A stretch of DNA of 64,000 nt. Source: an uncultured Holophagales bacterium. GTDB lineage: Bacteria > Acidobacteriota > Thermoanaerobaculia > Multivoradales > UBA5704. How positions within the stretch are numbered: the stretch's first letter is position 1; each line of letters begins with the position of its first letter. This document shows positions 1 to 7,920 of the stretch, piece by piece. A program made the translations under genes and the position numbers. The DNA lies in NCBI GenBank assembly GCA_963842525.1, contig CAWJGT010000023.1:192001-256000 (forward strand), given 5' to 3'. A model generated the notes under the pieces. That model was not told the DNA's origin, made no database searches, and saw only the letters and a program-made list of their open reading frames with translations.

Positions 1-10
1 CGGGGAAGTC

Positions 11-601
11 TTGCCGTGTTTGCGCTTCTGGCTTTTCTTGTCGCCTTTGTCCCGCCCAGGTCTACCTCCTCGACCATCGGCTGGAGAGCCCGGTCTGAGG
101 CGTGGGGCCGGGCGCGTCATCACCTTCTTGATTCCCGGAGCCCGCGCGAGCCGACCACTTCGAGGTTACCTGGCTTTCACCCTGCTCGTCCTGGCAGCCG
201 GCCCGATCGCTTGGCTTTGCGTAGGAGGCATCAATCTCCCCTATCCTGGGGCCTATAGTGCGTCCATCGGATATACTCCAGCGGAAGACGCTCTGGTGCC
301 GGTCCCGGTAGGAATGACAGACCCTGGTGACATCGAAGAACACTTCTATTGGGCCTTCTTCTGGTCCTTTCCATTTGCCAAGGAATTCTGGACGCTGATC
401 GCGTTGTCACTGCTGACCTCTCTTGCCCTACACCTGGCGTCGTTTCGGGCCGGGGCGCGTCTCGTGAAGGAGACAATCCTCCTTGATTCAGTGCATGAAG
501 GAACCGCGGGGGTTGGTGGGGAGGATAGGACTGCAAGGACAGCAGGGACAGCCAAGGACGAGAGGAAGGCCCCTGGTGTGCTTACTCCTGAAAAGGGTTG
601 A
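11..601 (+). CDS. Hypothetical membrane protein (start uncertain)
   Basis: ORF with hydrophobic segments (GYLAFTLLVLAAGPIAWLCVGG; FWTLIALSLLTSLALHLA); no recognisable family motif; the C-terminus runs into a 9-bp repeat tract. Confidence 0.4.
   Translation: MPCLRFWLFLSPLSRPGLPPRPSAGEPGLRRGAGRVITFLIPGARASRPLRGYLAFTLLVLAAGPIAWLCVGGINLPYPGAYSASIGYTPAEDALVPVPVGMTDPGDIEEHFYWAFFWSFPFAKEFWTLIALSLLTSLALHLASFRAGARLVKETILLDSVHEGTAGVGGEDRTARTAGTAKDERKAPGVLTPEKG
523..560 (+). repeat. Short tandem ~9-bp AGGAC-core repeats
   Basis: ggatagga ctgcaaggac agcagggac agccaaggac; the same core recurs at 1125-1157. Confidence 0.55.
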
Positions 602-879
602 GGAGGGGATCCGGCACTCCTCAAAGTGCCGGACGTTGCGGGTGACGAGGGCCAGATCTTGCTCCTGAGCTGTCGCGGCGATGATCAGGTCGGCAGGGGA
701 TCGCGTCTGGCCGTGCGCCTGGAGCTGTCCTCTGGTCTCGCAAGCACGTTTCGCTGTGTTCTGCTTGCGGTATCATTTGCCTCGTGGCATGACGCACCAG
801 CAACAGAAGATACACTCTTCCGATATGGCCTTGCAACGCTTCAACGGCAGCGAATATTGGATGGGCTCGCACCGCTACT

Positions 880-1093
880 TTCGAAGCTGCCCTGGCTGAT
901 CGACCACTCCCGGCGCACGCTGGCCATCATCCGCCAGAACATCGGCTTCTCGCTCCTGGTCAAGGCCGTGTTCGTCGTCCTGACCTTCGCCGGCCATGCC
1001 TCTCTCTGGGCGACCATTGCCGCTGCTATGGGGCGTCTCTACTGGTCATCTTCAACGGGCTCCGGCCTGCTGGGGCGGGAGGAGACGAGATGA
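880..1093 (+). pseudogene. C-terminal remnant of a heavy-metal P1B-type ATPase (CadA/ZntA-like)
   Basis: Reads KLPWLIDHSRRTLAIIRQNIGFSLLVKAVFVVLTFAGHASLWATIAAAMG, then after a frameshift SLLVIFNGLR, the typical P1B-ATPase last helices; the rest of the gene is absent. Confidence 0.8.
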
Positions 1094-1124
1094 AGCGGGG
1101 CGGATCAGCGGCAGGTCTGGAGGC

Positions 1125-1207
1125 AAGGACAACAAGGACGACAAGGACGATAAGGACCGCGGGGACGAACACGACGGGCAGGGACGGGCAGGGACGGGAC
1201 ACGGACA
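1125..1207 (+). repeat. Tandem 9-bp (AAGGAC-NAY) x4 and GGGAC/GGCAG short repeats
   Basis: aaggacaac aaggacgac aaggacgat aaggac, followed by gggcagggac gggcagggac gggacacggac. Confidence 0.7.
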
Positions 1208-1226
1208 GCGGCGCCGAATTTTGCTT

Positions 1227-1256
1227 GCTCCTGATCGCTCCTGACCGCTTCTGACC
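1227..1256 (+). repeat. Three 10-bp direct repeats upstream of the recombinase
   Basis: GCTCCTGATC GCTCCTGACC GCTTCTGACC, with helical-turn periodicity. Confidence 0.6.
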
Positions 1257-1392
1257 TGGCCCACTTGACAGACTCTGGCCTCACCAGACAGGGTTTTTCT
1301 ATGGACACAAAAGCTCAATCCACCATTTCCAGTAGCAGAGGCGTGACGGCACGGAAGAGTGGACGGATGATCTGGCCATTCTTGATGCTTGG

Positions 1393-2334
1393 ATGTCGGC
1401 TCTGGTCAGCGTTCGGGGGCGATCGCAAGCGACCGCGTGGAGATACCGGCGGCTTGTGGAGCGGCTGCTCAAGGACGTGGCGCAGCCGATTGCGCAACTC
1501 GACCAACGGTTGATCGAGAAGCATCTGCGGCGCCTGCACGTGGCGGGGCGTGGGGAGAGTGTTCGCCGAGGGTTGGTCGTGGCGATCCGGAGCCTGGGCG
1601 AATGGTGCCTGGCGCACGGGATCATCGAGAGCAACCCGGGCGCTTCGCTGGCGGGACCGCGGCCCTACCGGCGGGAAATCAAGGTGCTGACGGTTGCAGA
1701 GGTGAGCCGTCTGCTCTGGGGGGACGCGCCCGGGACGCTGCCGAAGAATCCTGTGGAGATGCGGAACCGGGTGCTGCTGGGGGTGACGTATGTGGCGGGG
1801 CTGCGGGCGTCGGAGATCGGTCCTCTGGAGGCAGAGGGGGTGGTATGGCACGAGGCCGGCCTGATCTTCAGCATTCTGGTGCGGCGCGGGAAGGGCTCGG
1901 GCCAGGACGTCCGGCTGCCGCTTGACCGGCCGGTGTCTCGGATGCTCGGAGTGTGGCTGGCGTCCAGGCCGGCGGGGCGGTTCCTGTGGGGGCGCCCGCT
2001 GACCCGGGGGGCGGTGCGCAATATTTTTCTCGATCGCTGCGCGGAGGTGGGAATCGCGGCGGCGGGCCGGAGGCTTTCGCCACACATCCTTCGACATAGC
2101 CTAGCGACGCATTTGCTTCAGGAAGGTGTGGACATTCGTCAGGTTCAGCTCTTTCTGCGGCATCGGTCGATCGCGACGACGGAGATGTATCTGCATGCGG
2201 ATGTGGACCGTCTGGGGTCGGTGTTGATCCGCAAGAGTCCTCTGGAGCGGGGGCGGCGGAAGAAGGTGGCCCCGCTACGCCAGGCGCTGGAGCAGCTCCT
2301 GGGGAAGCTCGGAGGGTTGGCGCGTCCCACCTGA
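1393..2334 (+). CDS. Tyrosine recombinase/integrase, XerC/XerD-like
   Basis: Full catalytic set: GLRASEI (R), GKG (K), HILRHSLATHLL (HxxR), LRHRSIATTEMY (H, Y). N-terminal SAM-like region. No IntI-specific insertion seen. Confidence 0.93.
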   Translation: MSALVSVRGRSQATAWRYRRLVERLLKDVAQPIAQLDQRLIEKHLRRLHVAGRGESVRRGLVVAIRSLGEWCLAHGIIESNPGASLAGPRPYRREIKVLTVAEVSRLLWGDAPGTLPKNPVEMRNRVLLGVTYVAGLRASEIGPLEAEGVVWHEAGLIFSILVRRGKGSGQDVRLPLDRPVSRMLGVWLASRPAGRFLWGRPLTRGAVRNIFLDRCAEVGIAAAGRRLSPHILRHSLATHLLQEGVDIRQVQLFLRHRSIATTEMYLHADVDRLGSVLIRKSPLERGRRKKVAPLRQALEQLLGKLGGLARPT

Positions 2335-2370
2335 GCGGAAGGACGAACACGGACGGACACCCCGCCCGGA

Positions 2371-2420
2371 CCCTCACCCCAACCCTCTCCCACCCGCACT
2401 CCCTTCCCTCCGGGAGAGGG
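2371..2420 (+). repeat. REP-like palindrome (CCCTCACCCCAACCCTCTCCC...GGGAGAGGG type)
   Basis: CCCTCTCCC/GGGAGAGGG stem; a related copy lies inverted at 7867-7920. Confidence 0.7.
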
Positions 2421-2569
2421 CGCCACCGCCCAAAAAGCTGGACTGACCAAAACTCATGTTCTGATCAGTGGTTTTCCACACCGGACGGCAGCGAGGAAAT
2501 GCCCGTCCGGCTTGAGTTTTCTCGCACTGAACCGTCGCCCAGACCCCCCCGCAGCCGGCTCTACCACGG

Positions 2570-2592
2570 AAAACGAAACCCAGTTTCGTTTT
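2570..2592. other. AT-rich perfect inverted repeat (terminator or protein-binding site)
   Basis: AAAACGAAAC-CCA-GTTTCGTTTT followed by TT. Confidence 0.5.
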
Positions 2593-2989
2593 TTGCGGCA
2601 CGGAAAGGCCCGCCGGGATTGGGTTTTCCGCGATTTTGAGGGGGCGAAAAAGTTGGTTCTAACCCCTGTAGAAAGGCAACCGTAGGAAGGTGGTTTGAAC
2701 CGACCGCCGAAGGCGGCGGAGGGGGGCGGGTGGGCGGGGATGAGATCGGCTCGGATTGGGTGGGCCCGCTGGAGGTTCGGAGGCCGGCTTTCCACGGCCG
2801 CAGGCTCCGGCGGGCCCACCCGGCCTTAGGCCGAGGCCCCTTGCAGGGGCCGGAGGGGGATGGGCGGGGCGGGGTGGTCGAATAAACCCGGCAGGTTGGC
2901 GGAGCGCTTCGAAGGCATGGCTCCAGCGGCCTGCGGAGACAAGCTGCCGGACCTTGTTGCGGGGGGAGGCCCGGGTAGGTGCCCCCCCT

Positions 2990-3020
2990 GGTTAACATAG
3001 TGCAGTTCATTATGTTAAGG
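2990..3020. other. dif-like palindromic site, candidate tyrosine-recombinase core site
   Basis: GGTTAACATAG-TGCAGTTCA-TTATGTTAAGG; TTATGTTAA matches the XerD arm of dif; perfect TTAACATA/TATGTTAA inverted repeat. Confidence 0.55.
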
Positions 3021-3902
3021 CGAAGCCCGTAGGCGGGGAGTGGCGCAGGGCGAGGGTCGGATAAAGTCGTTCATTTATCGGACCCTCGCCCGGTGGGAGG
3101 GGGGAGCCGCCCCCGCCGGAGCCAGGGGCGGGCAGCTCCCGGGCCGGAGGGTGGGGGAAATCAAAATGGGGTGGGCGGCCGGGGATTGGGTGGGCGCACC
3201 GGCGGATCGACGACAGGCTTTCCACGACCACAGTCTCCGGGGGGGCCACCCGGCCTTGTTGAAACACGGCCGCCATCCCCACGGCGGAATGGACCTTGAG
3301 AGGGTTGGGTGGCGGGGCGCTGCCATCCCACGGCGGTGCCCGGCGCGCGGGGGGAGGGCTTTGCGCCAGCGTCTTGTGGGGGCGCGCCTTCCAGGAAAGA
3401 TCCGGGGACGCGGGTGGGTGGAGGGACGTTGTCATCCCCACGGCTGGTTGGACCTTGCGCGGGTGGCGGGACGCTGCCATCGCCGCGGCGGCTGTCCGGC
3501 GCGCGGGGTGGTGGGTTTTGCGCCAGCGTCTTTGTGGGGGCGCGCCTTCTCGGGCAGCTCCGCATGGAGACGTTGCCCTCCCCCACCTTCGAATGGAGCT
3601 CGAGCGGGTGGGAGCAGGTTGCGGAGCGTCAGCGAAGTCAAGCTGCGGCGGCGGGGGGAAATCGAAATGCGGGCGGCCGGGAGATTGGGCGGGCGCGCCG
3701 GAGGACCGGAGGACGGCTCTTCACGGCCGCAGGCTTCGGCGTGGCCACCCGGCCTTATGGGTCGAGGCCCCTTGAGGGACCGGAGGTGGATGGGCGGGGC
3801 GGGGTGATCGAATAAACCCGGCAGGTTGGCGCAGCGGTCTTCGAAGGCATGGCTTCAGCGGCCAGCGGAGCCAATCTGCCGGACCTTGCTTGATGGGTGG
3901 AG

Positions 3903-3968
3903 CGGGTCGCGCACTGTGCACGTGAGTGGTCGGCCTGGGTGGTGGTCACGTGCACTGTGCCGATCCCG
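3903..3968. repeat. Long imperfect hairpin inside an array spacer
   Basis: GCACTGTGCACGTGA ... TCACGTGCACTGTGC (14/15 complementary) flanked by CGGGTCG/CGATCCCG. Confidence 0.6.
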
Positions 3969-4951
3969 CGCGCGGGGGAAATCAAGATGGGTGGGCGGCC
4001 GGGAGATTGGGTGGGCGCGCCGGAGGACCGGAGGACGGCAGTTCACGGCCGCAGGCTTCGGGGCGGCCACCCGGCCTTGTAGGGTGGAGGCTCCGACTGC
4101 GAAGAGGCTGAGCGGAGCGCGGGTGGGAGCAGTTCGGCGAGCAGCTTGCGCGGAGCCGATCTGCGGGGCGGAAAGCTGCGGGGACCACGATGGCTGAGCC
4201 GACAGAGGAGCGGAGGGCGGCGAACCGGACGGGCCGGGGGTGGTTCGCCGACCCGGAGCTGCTCTGTCGGGGCAAGACGGCTCGCAGGTCCTCCCCATCA
4301 AATGGGTGGGCGGCCGGGGATTGGGTGGGCGCACCGGAGGACCGGAGGCCGGCTTTTCACGGCCGCAGGCTTCGGCGCGGCCACCCGGCCTTGCAGGATG
4401 GAGGCTCCGACGGCGAAGAGGCTGAACGGAGAGAGGGCGGGAGCAGTTCGGCGAGCAGCTTGCGCGGAGCCGATCTGCGGGGCGGAAAGGTGGGAGGCCA
4501 CGATGGCCCTACCGCCGATGGAGCGAGTACGTCCCCGCACGGAGCTGCATCGGCGGGGCACGGCGGCTCGCAGATCCTTCCCATCAAATGGGTGGGCGGG
4601 TGTGGAATTGGGTGGGCGCGCCGAAGGACCGGAGGACGGCTGATCACGGCCGTAGGCTTCGGCGCGGCCACCCGGCCTTTTCAAAAGACGGCCGCCGTCC
4701 CCGCCCGTGGGTGGAGCTCGCGCGGGTGGCGGGTGGAAGGTTGCCATCCCCACGGCCAGGTGGATCTCGCGTGGATGGGAGCAGGTTGGCGGAGCGGATG
4801 GCCGGATGGCCGCCCCGAAGGCCGCGGCCGTGAAAAGCCGGCCTCCGGTCCGCCCGCGGGGCGGCGCTGAGTGGGGCCGGTGTGGCAGCATGGTCTCAAC
4901 TGCCCTCCTGGATGATCCACTACAGCCATGGTAAGCTTTCCTTCGATAGCC

Positions 4952-5230
4952 ATGGAAAATCTTAAGATCTGGCTTCTTGTTGCAGCTCTGGTTGCAGTCG
5001 GCGTGCTCGGAGCGACAGTGTCGCATCAGGTGCAGACTATCGCCCATCTTGAAAAGGGCCTCTCCTCACCTCAACCGGCCTCAGCGCCTATAACGGCAGT
5101 AGGAGGCGGCCGTGTATCGAATGAAAGCGGCGGTGCCTACGGCCGAACCGCTGAGGCGCCAACAGAGAGTACGACGACGGAGTTGCTGGTCATAATCCAG
5201 GGCCGCGATCGCTATAAGGCCGGTCTCTAA
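4952..5230 (+). CDS. Small exported/membrane-anchored hypothetical protein (AT-richer island)
   Basis: MENLKIWLLVAALVAVGVLGA signal/anchor followed by a Ser/Thr/Pro-rich linker; may be the detached N-terminus of the next gene. Confidence 0.5.
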   Translation: MENLKIWLLVAALVAVGVLGATVSHQVQTIAHLEKGLSSPQPASAPITAVGGGRVSNESGGAYGRTAEAPTESTTTELLVIIQGRDRYKAGL

Positions 5231-5349
5231 CGGTGTGTCGCTGAGTTGAATGGTAAAGTAGCCACCGCCGAAGCCCTGGAATCTAGCTGCATGATTAGGC
5301 GTGCTCGAACATCTTGATTATTATCTGAGCCCCTGGGGCCTAAAAGTCG

Positions 5350-6198
5350 ATGACTGAAGAAGAATTGCGGGGAGCTATAAAGGCACGGACAAACGAGAAA
5401 TGGTTGATCTATATTCACGGATTCGCTTCGTCGGCCATGAAATCCCTGGAACGGGTAAACAAAATTGCCGAAGGTGAAAGATTTAATGTTCTTCTCCTAG
5501 ATTGGCCAAGCGGCATTATGTTGGCGGGGTTATGGCCTCGTTATGCTCACGGTAAATACTTGAAGGCAGGAGAGTCAGGGGATATATTTTCTCCATTGCT
5601 TAGAAGGCTATTTTGGACTACCGAATCGAACGCGCCTCAGGTTCGTGAACTTGACTTGGTGTCTCACAGCATGGGCGCTGAAGTTTCACAGAGGATCTTG
5701 CGATCTGTTCCAGGAGGTATTCAAGAAAATATTCTCATTGCTCCGTGTACTTACGCGAAGTACTTCGAGCAGGATCTCAAAGGGCTAGCGTCCAAAGTTG
5801 TGCGCGTTACAGCCTATGGCTCCACAATAGACAAAGTATTGGCCGCTGGTCACGCAGGCAATCAAGGGTACGTGGATGACTCGCGTTCATTGGGGACTCT
5901 TTATCGACATAGATATAACGACGATTACGACCTTATCAATGTAACTTGCCAGTATCCCAACTGGTCTATTTCAAATCTCGTCTACGCACATTTCCCAAAA
6001 ACAGACGATTTCTACGAAGACTTGCATGAGGTGCTGCAGCACAGTGCCATAGAGGAGCGAGCCAACATCATTTGGGTTGAGTTTAAGTACCGCACGCCTC
6101 TGGGGTTTGAAGAGTTCAGATATAGCCTTTGGAACATGGGTGACTGGGCATGCTCTAAAGCGAAGCAGGGTACGATGCGGCCTATACCTAGGCGTTAG
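5350..6198 (+). CDS. Alpha/beta hydrolase, DUF900-like
   Basis: LIYIHGF, LLDWPS and nucleophile elbow SHSMG, then ILIAP; visibly lower GC than the host genes. Confidence 0.8.
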   Translation: MTEEELRGAIKARTNEKWLIYIHGFASSAMKSLERVNKIAEGERFNVLLLDWPSGIMLAGLWPRYAHGKYLKAGESGDIFSPLLRRLFWTTESNAPQVRELDLVSHSMGAEVSQRILRSVPGGIQENILIAPCTYAKYFEQDLKGLASKVVRVTAYGSTIDKVLAAGHAGNQGYVDDSRSLGTLYRHRYNDDYDLINVTCQYPNWSISNLVYAHFPKTDDFYEDLHEVLQHSAIEERANIIWVEFKYRTPLGFEEFRYSLWNMGDWACSKAKQGTMRPIPRR

Positions 6199-6204
6199 CC
6201 ACCT

Positions 6205-6670
6205 CACACCTCACCTGCCGAGGGCGTCCTCTCCGCGTCTCCGCTCAGGGATGGAGTTCGCGCGGGGTTGGCGCCGCCGTCCCGCCTGGATGCTTGTGCG
6301 CGGGGCGGCGGCGATTGTGTCAACGCTCAAGTGGAGACGCCTGCGAGGGAGCTCCAGGGACGCGGGTGGGGGGCGGGGCGGTTGCAGTCGCCGCAGCGGG
6401 AGCGACCTCGTGCGGTGGTCAGGCGGCGCTGTCATCCCTCGCGGAGGCTGCGGGGGTCGATAACGTTTCCGGAAACGAAACCCAGCCGGCGGTCGTCGCT
6501 GCGAGGGCTGTCTAGTAAGAGGTGGTCGGGTGGCGTTGTCCTCGCCGCGGCAGGTGCCCGGCGCGCAGAGCGGTGGGGTGCGTCAGCGAGATCATGGTGG
6601 CGCGCCTTCGCGAGTGGCTCCGGGACGGGGGTGGGTGGCGGAGAGACCGCCGCCACCTCGGGAGCTGACC
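6205..6670 (+). repeat. Degenerate copies of the array spacer module C
   Basis: ggtgcccggcgcgc...gcgtcagcg...ggcgcgccttc...ctccgggacgggggtgggtg (6553-6640) matches 3336-3420 and 3495-3550. Confidence 0.55.
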
Positions 6671-7866
6671 GGAGAGGGTTGGGCGAATGGCGTGGTCCTC
6701 CCCCACCACCCTGGAACAGCGATCGGTCCGGATCTGCGGGCGGAGGGCTTCTTCTTTTCCCACGGACGGTGAGTCCCGCGAGGGTGGGCGGATGGGGGGG
6801 CGTGCTCGTGGAATGCGCATAGACAAACCTAAGTTCTTCTTTCCGGGCTTGCCAGAGCCGCCCGGGCCGCCTCCAGGCCTGCGTGCGGGCCTGCGTAGCC
6901 GCGTGCGGACTTGCGTGCGGCTCGCGCGGCAAATTCTGCGGCCCCCACCCCCCTCCGCCCCCTTCGGTTCAGCTCTCTCGCGGATGGAAATTTCAGAGGA
7001 ACGGAACGAAACCTCAGGGAATCTCGGTATGACGATCTGAAATTTTCTCACTAGATCTCAAATGGAGCTCGGAGCCTGCTTTCGGGACCCAGGGATGAAA
7101 AAGCGTGCCGCTGCCACCCGCCGTCCACTCTCGTCTAGAACCGGGGTCAAGGTGCCGTGGCGACCGGACCCTAGATGGTAGGCTGCCGATGTTGGCCGCT
7201 GGAGTGCCCAGCGCGAACCGACTGGCGAGCCAAGCAGCTGGGCCACTCGATGGCCGTGGGGACTGCTGGGCCGCTTGGCGATCCAGGCGGCTCCAGTGTG
7301 CCTCTGCAAGGCGCTCTGCGGCGTTTCCCGGCCGGCGGCAGTAGCAGCAGGGGGGGCCGCACAGCCAAACGGGTTCACAGGCTCAGGGTAGCTGTCAGAG
7401 AGGCTTGGCTTTGATCGGACCGCTGGAGCACGATCGCGAGCAACGGGCGAGAGGTGAGGGACCCTGCCCACCGGCCGGCGATGACGCAGACGCCTTGCTC
7501 ACAGGAGTGCAGGGTCGAGGCGAGCCGACCAAGCCAGCCAGCGGCATGCTGGGGAGGGCCTCGGGTTCCGCCTTCATGAGGACCGGGACCCCGAGCGGCT
7601 CAACGGCCGGCGCCGCACTCCCGGCCAGTCGTCCATGTTGACACTTTGTTACCCCCAAGTGACCCGGGAGCACTCGTGGAAAATGAAGCCACTGAAAACA
7701 AACCACTTACACGCAGTGACCGGGTCTGGGGGGACGTAGATGAGGCTATGTACCGTATAGGAAGCGGAGAGCGGTACAGCCAGGTCGGCTGGCGCAGCAC
7801 GCTGCGCCCCTACAGCCTTTCCGGAAAGATATCGGATGGACCTGGCTACGAACGCTCCGCCTGCGT

Positions 7867-7920
7867 CCCCCCTCTCCCGGCGGAAGGGGGGGCGATGGGA
7901 GAGGGGGACAGGGGGTGAGG
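7867..7920 (-). repeat. REP-like palindrome directly after the recN stop
   Basis: Minus strand CCTCACCCCCTGTCCCCCTCTCCCAT...GGGAGAGGGGG. Confidence 0.7.

Larger units (their letters stand above)
2758..4867 (+). repeat. Array of 64-nt hairpin repeats: six direct (2758-2821, 3188-3251, 3687-3750, 4009-4072, 4323-4386, 4610-4673) and one inverted (4804-4867)
   Basis: Consensus GGGTGGGCGCGCCGGAGGACCGGAGG(A/C)CGGCTTTTCACGGCCGCAGGCTTCGGCGCGGCCACCC; each direct copy is preceded by ATT and followed by GGCCTT; ungapped alignment by eye. Confidence 0.9.

Noticed and set aside
1393-2334. Integron integrase IntI or chromosomal xerC/xerD
   Set aside because: No IntI-specific insertion; divergent sequence and island context argue against the housekeeping genes.
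2758-4867. CRISPR array interpretation of the repeat region
   Set aside because: Units are 64 nt and divergent, spacers are 220-435 nt and re-used, and no cas genes are present.
2374-4870. Many overlapping ORFs (e.g. 3040-3807, 4190-4870, 4298-5047)
   Set aside because: Gly/Arg/Pro-rich translations of GC-rich repeats; repeat copies fall in different frames; no RBS or codon bias.
7719-7740. GTCTGGGGGAC resembling a tRNA-Pro anticodon arm
   Set aside because: No D arm, T arm or acceptor stem; no tRNA or rRNA genes were recognised in the window.
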